DNA of 64,000 nt from positions 39,000 through 102,999 of IMG/VR virus record IMGVR_UViG_3300044712_001292. One strand, given 5' to 3'. The notes below the pieces were generated by a model that had not been told where the DNA came from, did not search any database, and saw nothing but the letters and a program-made list of their open reading frames with translations. The stretch is from a virus. Within the stretch, counting starts at the first letter, position 1, and every line of letters starts with the position of its first letter. Below, piece by piece: positions 1-9,320 of the stretch. Position numbers and translations under genes: made by a program.

Positions 1-642
1 TTCGAACAGAGAGCACCAGACGGAGCTCAGACACCTGGCATACGACTCTTTGTAGCACTCGAGGATGACTTTGTCCCCGTCCTGCCGGTGGGTATGAACG
101 AGATATCCATGCCTCGACATGGACGGTTTCCACGCTCCGAGGTTCATAAAGTCCAGTGGCGCCTGCACGGCTTGACGTACATCGTCGATGAAGCGAGGGG
201 CGTGGTCGAATGGGAAGTGTGCGAAGAGCGTGTACTCCGGCAGGGCATCGTAGTGTTCGGCAATGTATCTGCAGTAGACTGTACCAGCGTACGCGCGCCT
301 GTCGTAGATGGTATGTACATGCCGAAGAGGGAGGCAGCCACCGTCGCTGTAGCAGACGGTCCTACCGTTGATCAGGCGGAGCCAATCCCACGTATTGGAC
401 TCTTTGACGGCATAGTTCGCACACAGCGTCCAGTTCTCTGGCAAGTCGATGCGGTCTGTGTCGAGGTCGAAATCCCAGCTTCCGCGGTGGCCGTAAATAG
501 ACTTCTTCGTAAGACGGAGGGGCGTCGGCATGCAGGAAACTACGTACGGTCCGTGATTCGTCAAGGTCTCTCGAAAAGACCACTTGCAGACCCCGGTGGC
601 CTGCATAGTGTTCTCCGCTATGTCAATAACGGTCCTCCGTAG
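1..642 (+). CDS. Hypothetical protein, 5'-truncated by the window edge
   Basis: Frame 1 is open from base 1 to TAG at 640-642; the track start at 88 is probably internal. Confidence 0.6.
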   Translation, partial: FEQRAPDGAQTPGIRLFVALEDDFVPVLPVGMNEISMPRHGRFPRSEVHKVQWRLHGLTYIVDEARGVVEWEVCEERVLRQGIVVFGNVSAVDCTSVRAPVVDGMYMPKREAATVAVADGPTVDQAEPIPRIGLFDGIVRTQRPVLWQVDAVCVEVEIPASAVAVNRLLRKTEGRRHAGNYVRSVIRQGLSKRPLADPGGLHSVLRYVNNGPP

Positions 643-661
643 CCCTGTCATCCCTCGGAAC

Positions 662-1273
662 ATGCAAGCGACACGGATGTCCGGCAGCCCCGTAGAAGAC
701 GCCTCGGTGATTCGTAAAGACGCGCCCATACCTGTCTTGATGCAGGAACACGACGGGTCGTTCCGAAACGCAGGCACGACGGTAGCCGCCGACCTCCCAG
801 AGCCTAAGCTGACCGACCCGCTTCCACAGGATGCTGGTTCGACGAGAGCGAAGCCGGAGTTCGAAGTACCAGTAGGGCAGGCTATGGCGCAAGCCTCCGG
901 ACTGGCGGTACCGGCGCCTGCGCAGCCAGCGCAGTTTAAGCCTTCTGTGTCCAATTATACGCCCCCTCCGACCCCAGCACCGCCAGCTAAACGCGTTCGG
1001 GTACGGATGTCGAATCCGGGCATGGGCAGGGTAACGGTCGGTGTTCGCGCGGTCAGTATCTCGGAAACCGTCGTCATCCTCGCTTACCCGCAGGACGCCG
1101 ACAACATCGTTGAACCCCCTGTCTGTGGTGGAGATAACCCCATCCGTGTCGAATTCGAGGGGAAGAAGTACACGTGCGTATTCGGTGGATGGACAACAGA
1201 ACTCGAGGGGATGTTCCTGGTCGTCCTCTTACGCACCGGAGAAGACGAGGACCCAAGCCCTTCTAAGGCTTGA
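662..1273 (+). CDS. Hypothetical protein with Pro/Ala-rich linker and C-terminal beta domain
   Basis: ORF 584..1273; ATG 662 avoids overlap with the upstream gene. Confidence 0.65.
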   Translation: MQATRMSGSPVEDASVIRKDAPIPVLMQEHDGSFRNAGTTVAADLPEPKLTDPLPQDAGSTRAKPEFEVPVGQAMAQASGLAVPAPAQPAQFKPSVSNYTPPPTPAPPAKRVRVRMSNPGMGRVTVGVRAVSISETVVILAYPQDADNIVEPPVCGGDNPIRVEFEGKKYTCVFGGWTTELEGMFLVVLLRTGEDEDPSPSKA

Positions 1274-1309
1274 ATCCGCTCGTCGTAACACCACAATCGT
1301 GCGAGACCT

Positions 1310-3163
1310 ATGACGACGTTCATTCCTCCCCCGCGGCCTGTGGCCGGAGCCGTCGGCAGCGGAGGCGCAGACAAGCCGGTTATCTCACCGTGGATGGACT
1401 ACGCATCGTTGACGATGCCGGACAGCCACCAGCTGGTGATGTGGTGGGCGCAGTATCTGTGGATGATGGATGGTAACTATAGGACGGCGATGGAGCGGGT
1501 TGCCGCCCACTTCCTGACCATCATCGAGTTCCCCGATCTGGAGCCTGACGAAGAGAGCGAGTGGCGCGACTTCTTCAGCAACCACATGAACTACCGCCGT
1601 GAGCTGCTTGCCTGCGCTCACGAATACCTCTGCTACGGCAACCTCATCGTTGGCTTGTACCTTCCCTTCAAGCGGTTCGCCCGGTGCCGTAACTGCTCCG
1701 TCGAGAACCCGCTGAGCGAAGTCGATTACGAGCTAGAGCTTGTTGATAAGCACCCGTACCTGCACTGGCGCAGGGTGCGCCCCTGCCCGAAGTGTCAGGA
1801 TAAGCAGACATATGAGGTTTTCGACCGCCGGTCGTCCGATCTATCCAAGGTGCGGCTGAACCGGTATTGCCCGCTTGAAATCGAAATCGCGTTCAACCGC
1901 CACAGCCACAGCAAGAATATCTACTGGAATATACCGGACGATGAGGTTCGTGATATTCAGCAGAAAGCACGCATCCATATCGACGAGACACCGCTCGAGG
2001 TGCTGGAGACGGTCGCGGCCGGCGGTAAGCTGCACTTCAACAGCGACCTGATCCTGCATATCGATGAGCCGTGCATCAGCGGTGTTCGCACGCGTGGCTG
2101 GGGCGTGCCGCGTACGATCGCCAACTTCCGTACGGCGTGGATGCAGCAGGTGACGAGTAAGGCGGACCAGACCGCGATGCTCGACTACACACTCGGTATG
2201 CGCTGGATCTCCCCGTCGCCGACACCCGGCGGCACGGATCCGATGATGAATCGTGGCATGCAGGAGTTCGTCGCGCAGATCAGCGCTGCAGTGCGTGAGC
2301 ATCGTCTCAATCCGGCGTCATACCACACGTCACCGTATCCGCTGACGTACCAGTTCATGGGCGGTGAAGGCGGCGCACTCGTGCCTCCGGAGAAGCTCAA
2401 GTTCCGTCAGCAGGAATACCTGAACCAGCTCGGTATTCCTCTGGAATACCATCAGATGAACCTGAGCACGCAGGCCGCTCCCATGGCGCTGCGTCTGTTT
2501 GAGTCGTACTGGCAAGCCCTCCCGGCGTTCTACAACAAGATCCTTACGTGGATCACGGAGATGCTGTCCAAGACGTATAATCTCGAGGCGACATCGGTTC
2601 AGATGCAGAAGACCACCGTTGTCGACGACGCCAACTACAAGGCGCTGTTGCTGCAGCTGATGTCTGGCAACCAGCTTTCTCCCCAGACCGCGCTCGAGCC
2701 GCTTGGCATCAACGCGCACGAGGAGGTCAAGAAGGTCTACCGTCACCAGGACTATGTCAGCCGGGTACAGTCCGAGTTCGACGAGAAGGCCCAGAAGCGG
2801 CAGGAGATGGCGGCGTTCAAGTCGCAGGTACAGCAGCCGACGGCAGCCCAGCTCGCCCAGCAGCAGCAGGGCGGGGCGCCTCCGCCTCCTGGAACTCCGA
2901 TGGGTGGTGTTCCGACCGGAGGCATGCCTGGCGCATCTCCGAATACGCCTCAGACGCTGGCTGGTCTGGCGGATCAGGCGTCTCAGATCGCTCAGCAGCT
3001 CGTGACGCTGCCTGAGTTCGAGCGTAAACAGCAGCTCAAGCAGCTTCGTGAGGGGAACAAGCAGCTGCACGCCCTGGTTATGAGCGATATGGAGGACCTG
3101 CGGGAGGCAGCTGCCAACCAAGGTAAGCAGATGATCCTTCAACAGGGACCCCCGCAGGGCTAG
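1310..3163 (+). CDS. Probable portal protein with Zn-ribbon insertion and Gln/Pro-rich tail
   Basis: 617 aa; portal-like EYLCYGN segment and GWGVP motif; CRNC...CPKC insert; heads the head module. Confidence 0.7.
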   Translation: MTTFIPPPRPVAGAVGSGGADKPVISPWMDYASLTMPDSHQLVMWWAQYLWMMDGNYRTAMERVAAHFLTIIEFPDLEPDEESEWRDFFSNHMNYRRELLACAHEYLCYGNLIVGLYLPFKRFARCRNCSVENPLSEVDYELELVDKHPYLHWRRVRPCPKCQDKQTYEVFDRRSSDLSKVRLNRYCPLEIEIAFNRHSHSKNIYWNIPDDEVRDIQQKARIHIDETPLEVLETVAAGGKLHFNSDLILHIDEPCISGVRTRGWGVPRTIANFRTAWMQQVTSKADQTAMLDYTLGMRWISPSPTPGGTDPMMNRGMQEFVAQISAAVREHRLNPASYHTSPYPLTYQFMGGEGGALVPPEKLKFRQQEYLNQLGIPLEYHQMNLSTQAAPMALRLFESYWQALPAFYNKILTWITEMLSKTYNLEATSVQMQKTTVVDDANYKALLLQLMSGNQLSPQTALEPLGINAHEEVKKVYRHQDYVSRVQSEFDEKAQKRQEMAAFKSQVQQPTAAQLAQQQQGGAPPPPGTPMGGVPTGGMPGASPNTPQTLAGLADQASQIAQQLVTLPEFERKQQLKQLREGNKQLHALVMSDMEDLREAAANQGKQMILQQGPPQG

Positions 3164-3165
3164 TC

Positions 3166-3193
3166 TTGCAGGCTCGAAAAGGACCCATAAGGT
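3166..3193 (+). promoter_or_regulatory. Putative promoter TTGCAG-16-TAAGGT, 6 nt before ATG 3200 (leaderless)
   Basis: Member of a fixed-spacing motif found before many genes here. Confidence 0.6.
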
Positions 3194-3199
3194 ACCCCC

Positions 3200-3718
3200 A
3201 TGCGTACGACTGATATCCTGACCAAGGCTATGTGTAAGGCGGCCGCTGATTCGGGTGAGTCTGCTAGTTATCTCGATCAGCTCCCGTTCCTGGGCAGCAC
3301 GGTTCTCGGCGGTATCATCGGACGCCGCATGGGCGCTTCTGGAAGCGCCCGCCGCGGATTCGGAGCAACGCTTACAGGCGCTACGCTGGGTGGGGTGGCG
3401 GGAGTGAAGGCTCAGGACGCACGCGATTCAGCGTTGCGTGAGATCGATCGCCACGGCGACGCCCCGCTTGTTCAGGGCGCGAACGCAGCTATCGACGCTG
3501 CTGGGGCCGCCACTGAACGCATGCGCGACCCGTTTAAGGATACGCTGGCTCGGAAGCCGGAGCCGACCTTACTCGAGCGCGCTGGTAACGTCGCCGGACA
3601 GTACTGGCGGAATCTCAAGTCAGGGGATCCGCTGACGATTGCGGGAACCGGGGCCGCAGCTATACTCGCAGGCGTGCTAACGCACCAACTCCTCAAGAAG
3701 AAGCGCGCTCGCGCTTAA
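3200..3718 (+). CDS. Gly-zipper membrane-type virion protein
   Basis: GxxxG hydrophobic segments; N-terminal KAA; C-terminal GAAAILAGVLTHQLLKKKR. Confidence 0.7.
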   Translation: MRTTDILTKAMCKAAADSGESASYLDQLPFLGSTVLGGIIGRRMGASGSARRGFGATLTGATLGGVAGVKAQDARDSALREIDRHGDAPLVQGANAAIDAAGAATERMRDPFKDTLARKPEPTLLERAGNVAGQYWRNLKSGDPLTIAGTGAAAILAGVLTHQLLKKKRARA

Positions 3719-3733
3719 TAAAGGAACATCACC

Positions 3734-4510
3734 GTGTCTACGAAGCTCGAGAAGACTGCTCAGTTCCTGAAGAAAGTGGCCGCCGAGGGCGGCTCTATCT
3801 GGAACAAGAGCCTGTACGGTGGCCCAGAGGCCCCCTTCCAGCAGCCGAGTCACTACCCGGCTGAGGTCATACATCGCCTCCTTGCCGAGGCTGATAAGCT
3901 CCCTGAGGGCTCGGACGAGGCTGCCGCAGCTGCGAGTGCTCGGCAGGCGATCACTGAGGCCGGTGGTATGCACAAGCTCGATCAGGCCGGGATTGATCGC
4001 ATTGCGGTTCGCGCCGGTGCGAGCCCCGCCGACAAGAACACTCCGGGCTTCTGGAGCAACTATCGCGCAGCTATGGGCCGTGGCCACCTGGGAGCTACCG
4101 CTGCCACCGTCGGCATTGGCGCTGCAGCCGTTCTGGCCGGTGTGCTGACCTACAATGCGCTGAAGAAGAAGCGTACGCAGACAAAGACCGCCGGACTCTT
4201 CAGCTTCCGGCGGAGTAATTCGCCGAATGCCCAGGGCCCTGCTCCTACCCGCGCCGCAGAACGTACCCAGAAGGTCCGCGATCTCGTAGGCAAGAAGGTT
4301 CGTAATGCGGCGCTGCTGGCAGGTGGCGGTGGCGCCCTCGCCGGCACGGCCGCTGGCGCTGCCCTGGCCTCCCCCGGCGATACCGTCGCGGGCGGCCACG
4401 GTCTCCCCACCACAGGCAGCAACCTGGGGGACGCAGCTGTCCTCGCTGGCGGCCTGGGCCTCGGGGGAGCCGGCCTGTACGCGCTGTACCGCTCCCTGCG
4501 CGACGAGTAA
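3734..4510 (+). CDS. Gly-zipper membrane-type virion protein, partial paralog of 3200..3718
   Basis: SD AAGGA before GTG; GAAAVLAGVLTYNALKKKR; KTA and KVA motifs. Confidence 0.75.
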   Translation: MSTKLEKTAQFLKKVAAEGGSIWNKSLYGGPEAPFQQPSHYPAEVIHRLLAEADKLPEGSDEAAAAASARQAITEAGGMHKLDQAGIDRIAVRAGASPADKNTPGFWSNYRAAMGRGHLGATAATVGIGAAAVLAGVLTYNALKKKRTQTKTAGLFSFRRSNSPNAQGPAPTRAAERTQKVRDLVGKKVRNAALLAGGGGALAGTAAGAALASPGDTVAGGHGLPTTGSNLGDAAVLAGGLGLGGAGLYALYRSLRDE

Positions 4511-4523
4511 GCCAGGGCGCCTC

Positions 4524-4559
4524 GAAAGACCCTCGCTATTGGCGAGGGTCTTTTCGTTT
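4524..4559 (+). terminator. Intrinsic terminator-like hairpin
   Basis: AAAGACCCTCGC-TATTG-GCGAGGGTCTTT followed by TCGTTT. Confidence 0.7.
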
Positions 4560-4566
4560 ATAGGAT
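4539..4566 (+). promoter_or_regulatory. Putative promoter TTGGCG-16-TAGGAT, 6 nt before ATG 4573
   Basis: Fixed-spacing motif. Confidence 0.55.
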
Positions 4567-4572
4567 GTCACC

Positions 4573-6378
4573 ATGCGGATAGACACGCGTAAGTCGTTGA
4601 TGTTGTCAGACTCACAGCAGCTGACGCCGACGACGAACCTATTGAACCCGGCATGGCGTAAGTCATTTCAGGACGCGTTGCTCAAGCTCAGTGGAACAGT
4701 CGATATCGTCGCACCTCCCGCAGTCGACCCTGCAGTATCCGGTGAGGCAGCGGTCGACGCTGCCCGTCTGAACTATTCAAAACTGCCATCGAGCCCGACG
4801 GTACAGAACGCAGGTGAGGGCCGTGTCTATGCAGATAGGCTTGAGCGGTCCGCCCAGCGGATATCGCCACGCGTTTCTGCCGTTGACCGTCCGGGCGAAG
4901 TACCCTACGGGCCAGGACAACGTAGGGGTGTCGATACGTTCGCAGCGTTCGATACCGCAGGAAACACCGTAGCAGCTACGCTAGGAAATAGGCACCCGTT
5001 GATCGCAGGGGCGGCGAACATAGCGCTGCCATTTCTGACCCCGCTATGGTCGAAGTATGTACAGAACCCCGTCGCCGATCTGACGCCGTCAACTCTCACA
5101 GCGTCTCCGGAGCTCCAGGTTGGCGGCGTCCTCGCTCGCGAGGAGGCACGCCGACTGCAGACCCCAGTTGGCCAGTTCTCGAGTTCTCCGGAGCTGTCGG
5201 ACGCATACCGCGTTGGTAATCCGTATGCCGGCATGTTCGCGGGTGACACCATGTCACAGGCGGAACGGAACGCACGTCTTCTCCCAGGTGAAGGCATGTC
5301 GGCGTGGCTCGGACGTGCCAGCCCGCTGTACCCCGTTCTAGGTGCAGCTGTACCGGCCATTGCCGCTACAGGGCAGGATCTCTGGGAAGGTAAAGGCCTT
5401 CGCATTGCAGAAGACCCGGTTTTCTACACCTCATCCGCTCTGACACCGGCAGCAGCCTGGGCGGCGGCTCGCAGCATGTTGCCTCTCAGCGGGGCAGTCA
5501 GCAAGATTCCTTACGTCGGTACCACACTAGCTCGTATACCTGCTGTCGGTACCGCTATGGCTGCCGCAGGTGCTATGCAGTCGGTTGGTGAGATAGCGCG
5601 TGGTGCCCTCTCACCGGAACGCGTCGATGAGGCTCGGAGAGCATCTGGTACGGATACCGGCTGGGGCACAGCGACCGGCAGGGCTGTTGTAGGCGACCCA
5701 TTCGGGGCCGCTACCGCGCTCGATCCTGAGGCTGTTGAGGCTAACAAGCGTGAGTTCCTGCGTGGTCGGCGCGATATCGTGGAAGATGCGTCCGGCACGC
5801 GTATTCCCTTTGACCGGGACATGGTCATACAGCGTCTCTCACGTTCTGCCGAATCCGCCCCGAGTGTCCCAAACTCCATCCTCTCTGAGCTTGTGGCAAA
5901 GGGTCTGTGGACTGATGGCGGTCTGAAGCACATGGCCAAAGAGCGGTACACGCGCGAGACACCAGCCGAGCGCGGAGCGTATCGTATGGCGCAGCGGTTT
6001 GCCGATCAGAAGGGCTTCACCCCAGAGGACCCGCGTCGGATAGAGTTGTTCCATCAGCAACTGAAGAAGATGGGCATCACCCCGTCGGCGGCAGGCGATA
6101 AGCGGCAATGGATCGGTGCGGCTAAGACGATCGCCTCTGCACTAGAGAACCGGTTCCCCGGCGTCCGCATTTCAAAGACAGGTATTGTCGAGCTTGCTAA
6201 CCTCGTTCGTACCAACGGGGTAGAGGCTACGGCTGCTTCGTTTATGCCAACTGGAAGGCCCGACGATGCGCTTGAGTCGCTGCGCCTTCAGGCTATCCTC
6301 AATTCCGCATGGGCCGACCCGTCAACGAAGGCCCAAGCAGGCGCCATCTACCAACAGCATTTCCAGAATCCTCGCTAG
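4573..6378 (+). CDS. Hypothetical protein (possible internal virion/ejection protein)
   Basis: 601 aa, Ala/Gly-rich with hydrophobic stretches. Confidence 0.7.
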   Translation: MRIDTRKSLMLSDSQQLTPTTNLLNPAWRKSFQDALLKLSGTVDIVAPPAVDPAVSGEAAVDAARLNYSKLPSSPTVQNAGEGRVYADRLERSAQRISPRVSAVDRPGEVPYGPGQRRGVDTFAAFDTAGNTVAATLGNRHPLIAGAANIALPFLTPLWSKYVQNPVADLTPSTLTASPELQVGGVLAREEARRLQTPVGQFSSSPELSDAYRVGNPYAGMFAGDTMSQAERNARLLPGEGMSAWLGRASPLYPVLGAAVPAIAATGQDLWEGKGLRIAEDPVFYTSSALTPAAAWAAARSMLPLSGAVSKIPYVGTTLARIPAVGTAMAAAGAMQSVGEIARGALSPERVDEARRASGTDTGWGTATGRAVVGDPFGAATALDPEAVEANKREFLRGRRDIVEDASGTRIPFDRDMVIQRLSRSAESAPSVPNSILSELVAKGLWTDGGLKHMAKERYTRETPAERGAYRMAQRFADQKGFTPEDPRRIELFHQQLKKMGITPSAAGDKRQWIGAAKTIASALENRFPGVRISKTGIVELANLVRTNGVEATAASFMPTGRPDDALESLRLQAILNSAWADPSTKAQAGAIYQQHFQNPR

Positions 6379-6384
6379 GCACCC

Positions 6385-7587
6385 ATGTCTGACACCTATC
6401 AAGCTCTCTGGACTATGTGCCCGACGATCGTCGCGGCTGTACTGAAGACGGCTTCCGCTGACGGGGTTGTTACCGCAGCCGATCTTGACACACCTGCTGC
6501 CGGATCACCCCCTCCCGCAGCCGTGACACCGCCGGCCCCCGCGCCGAAGCCCGTGACCCCTGCTCCTACGACCGGCCAGCTGGCCGAGTCGACCGATAAC
6601 GTCATTGCACCGTTCCATAGCACGTTAACTGAGATCGCCACAGGCAAGAAGTCCCTGATCACTCCGCTGAATTGGGGAAATCTCCAGCCCGAGCAGCTGG
6701 CGGTCGATAAGCTTCTGCGTACGGATGTCGATAAGCTGACGCCGCAAGAGCTGGCGCAGCAGACACGCACGTACCTCGCTCTTCAGAACAGCGGTTTTGA
6801 CAAGGCCATGGGCAACAAGCGCCTGTTTGCCAACCCATTCGCTACCGATCCAGCCGATCAGAAGAGCAGGCTGACGTTCGGCAACCTCTCGTCGCTGTAC
6901 AGTAAGCGCTATGAGCAGCTTAGCCCGGAGGAGGCCAAGGCGTACAGCGATAGCCTCGGAGACGAGGCAGAGAAGATGGGTTTGGCGCTCAAGGCCCCTG
7001 GGTTGATCAAGGAGAAGGTGGGAACCAAACTCGACGAACTGCATAAGGCTATTGCTGAGGTAGACAAGAACCCGGACGCCACGGGCTTCACTGACTGGTT
7101 CACGTCGTCGTGGGCGAATATGGCGGTGCCTGCCGGATTCCTGATGATGATTTTCGGCGGAAACACCGGGGCTATCATCGGTGGCCTGGCTATGGCTGCC
7201 GGCGGATACAACCTCTACAACAGGTACAGCACGTTGATGAAGGATCCTGTTGCGCAGGATGCTATCCACGAGTATGTCGCGAGTAATTTCAGCAAGGAGG
7301 CGCTGAAGAAGGTCGAGGAACAGTACGGCCCGCAGTATGCGCAGGCCGCGAATGATTTCGGCTTCCTCTCCCGGTACGGCTTTTTGTCGTCGGTACAGTC
7401 CGCCTACCAGAATGCCGGTGCCGGGGCTTACAAGTGGCTCGTACCCGGCGCTGATGAGAAGAACGTGAATGCGTTCCGCGCTCAGCTTGCTCCGAAGCCG
7501 AACGGCCCGAACACCTGGATAAATGACTGGTCCGGGAAGGCCTGGGACACGGTATCCGCACCCTTCCGGCAGACAGGGCAGCAGTAA
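6385..7587 (+). CDS. Hypothetical membrane-segment virion protein
   Basis: 400 aa; N-terminal KTA; hydrophobic hairpin AVPAGFLMMIFGGNTGAIIGGLAMAAGG. Confidence 0.75.
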   Translation: MSDTYQALWTMCPTIVAAVLKTASADGVVTAADLDTPAAGSPPPAAVTPPAPAPKPVTPAPTTGQLAESTDNVIAPFHSTLTEIATGKKSLITPLNWGNLQPEQLAVDKLLRTDVDKLTPQELAQQTRTYLALQNSGFDKAMGNKRLFANPFATDPADQKSRLTFGNLSSLYSKRYEQLSPEEAKAYSDSLGDEAEKMGLALKAPGLIKEKVGTKLDELHKAIAEVDKNPDATGFTDWFTSSWANMAVPAGFLMMIFGGNTGAIIGGLAMAAGGYNLYNRYSTLMKDPVAQDAIHEYVASNFSKEALKKVEEQYGPQYAQAANDFGFLSRYGFLSSVQSAYQNAGAGAYKWLVPGADEKNVNAFRAQLAPKPNGPNTWINDWSGKAWDTVSAPFRQTGQQ

Positions 7588-7590
7588 GCC

Positions 7591-8211
7591 ATGGACCTCG
7601 GTGACGCCGCTGACTACGCTGCCGTGCTGACCGCACAAGATCGCGTGGCCTCCGACCCCAGCCGGTCGTGGCTGCAGAAGGTCCGCGACTACATCCCAAC
7701 GACCGGACTGCGTCCGGCATCGCAGCGTTCGTCTGGTACGTTCGGAGACATCCTGCGCGTAGCCATCGGAGGGGCGCTCGGGTACGGCGTTGCCCGAGGG
7801 GCCGCCTCCGTCCTAGGCCTATCCGATAGCTCAACGAACGCTCTTTCTCTCGCAGGCGCATCCGCCGGAGGTCTTATGGGTCTTACCAAGTCTGGTTCAG
7901 ATGAGCGCATCGCCTTCCGGGTGGCGTTTATCAAGTCTGCGATCGACAAGGGGTACTTCACGAAGAAGGCGTTCATCGCACCGCTTATCCTTGCCCCTAT
8001 TAGCGGGTTGACGGGTACGATGAACCGCATCGGCGAGTCCGCGGGCTCAGTCGTCGGTTCGGCGGACGCGCCTGATGACGTCGACAAGGACATTGTCCAG
8101 ACGCAGGTCGAATCGGAGCTTCTGCGCCAAGAGGAAGCGCGCGTCGAGGCACAGCGGCAGAACCAGATCCTGAAACAGGTACTTGCTAAACGTCGACTGA
8201 AGCGTAAGTAA
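7591..8211 (+). CDS. Gly-zipper hypothetical virion protein
   Basis: 206 aa; GGALGYG; KSA and KKA motifs. Confidence 0.7.
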   Translation: MDLGDAADYAAVLTAQDRVASDPSRSWLQKVRDYIPTTGLRPASQRSSGTFGDILRVAIGGALGYGVARGAASVLGLSDSSTNALSLAGASAGGLMGLTKSGSDERIAFRVAFIKSAIDKGYFTKKAFIAPLILAPISGLTGTMNRIGESAGSVVGSADAPDDVDKDIVQTQVESELLRQEEARVEAQRQNQILKQVLAKRRLKRK

Positions 8212-8217
8212 GTTCGC

Positions 8218-8562
8218 ATGACGAACCCGCCGAACGTGACCCCTCGCACACTCGACGTGCCCCGCGGGGTGCCGGTGGCACGTTATAAGCCGCCTGCCAA
8301 GGTCGAGATCGGGCCTGGGGCTGAAATACCGCTGATTCCGAAAGACGGTCCAGACGAGCGTAAGCTTCAGGAAGTCTGGGTAGCTCACGCTCGTGTGTTT
8401 CGTCTGAACAACGCGGAGGACCTTCGGGCGTACGAAGAGGTCTGGCAAAAGGTAACTGACGGCCTGGCAGTCATGTCGGAGTCGCGCGTCGACTTTACAG
8501 ATGGCCAGTACGTAGCTCTATTGCGCTGGGCCGACTTCGTTTATAAGCTTCCTAACGTATGA
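8218..8562 (+). CDS. Hypothetical protein
   Basis: 114 aa, coupled to its neighbours (ATGA overlap downstream). Confidence 0.7.
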   Translation: MTNPPNVTPRTLDVPRGVPVARYKPPAKVEIGPGAEIPLIPKDGPDERKLQEVWVAHARVFRLNNAEDLRAYEEVWQKVTDGLAVMSESRVDFTDGQYVALLRWADFVYKLPNV

Positions 8563-9311
8563 CGCAGTACAAGTCGTTCTGGGAAGCCGCCCCCTTCGTT
8601 GGCGGCGGTGCGCTCTTACTCGGCGGTGGTGCCCGCGTAGGCAAGGGCCTGCTCGATCTGTTGCGTCGTCCGGACCCTGAGGGTGCTCCGGAGAAGATCG
8701 AGAAACAGGAGAACCCAGTTGTCGAGATTCCCGTCCCCGTGACAGCCGAAGAAGCGGCTGAGCTGCGTCGTAAGGGTGTGCGGGTCAAGAAGGCTGGTTT
8801 CCTGGATCGGTTCGATGTCGATGCTGGCGACGCCTTCCTACTGGGCGGTCTGGGCACCGCTGCCGCTATGGGTGGATGGGCGCTTACCGATAAACTGGTG
8901 GATACGTATCGCAAGAATCGTGCGCTGCAGAAGCGTGAGAAGGTGCGCCGACGCATTCAGAGCATGCTCGACGACAAGCCGGCCCCGGAAGACGTGCCTC
9001 TCTACACGCACATGAAGGCGGCCGAGGCGCTGTACTTCATGGAGAAGCGCGGAGCACTCTCGGATCTGTTCAGCGTGCAGCGGTCGGTCATCAATCCGAT
9101 CGCGGCTCTGCTGGGCGGTGCCGCCCTCCTCTCCGGCGTCCGTGCGTATCGTAGCACAGCCGCTGCTGGCGAGACAGACAAGGTCAAGGCTCTGAAGGCC
9201 TACCTGAAGCGCCAGAAGACGCAGCAGCCCATCGTATCGACCGTCCCTGTCGAAGTGTCGGATACGGCAAGTCCCACGCAGCAGTCTACCGCTAACGCTT
9301 TAACATCGTAA
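8559..9311 (+). CDS. Gly-rich hypothetical protein with three hydrophobic segments
   Basis: 250 aa; hydrophobic segments follow KKAG and KRGA. Confidence 0.7.
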   Translation: MTQYKSFWEAAPFVGGGALLLGGGARVGKGLLDLLRRPDPEGAPEKIEKQENPVVEIPVPVTAEEAAELRRKGVRVKKAGFLDRFDVDAGDAFLLGGLGTAAAMGGWALTDKLVDTYRKNRALQKREKVRRRIQSMLDDKPAPEDVPLYTHMKAAEALYFMEKRGALSDLFSVQRSVINPIAALLGGAALLSGVRAYRSTAAAGETDKVKALKAYLKRQKTQQPIVSTVPVEVSDTASPTQQSTANALTS

Positions 9312-9320
9312 GAGGGGTGC

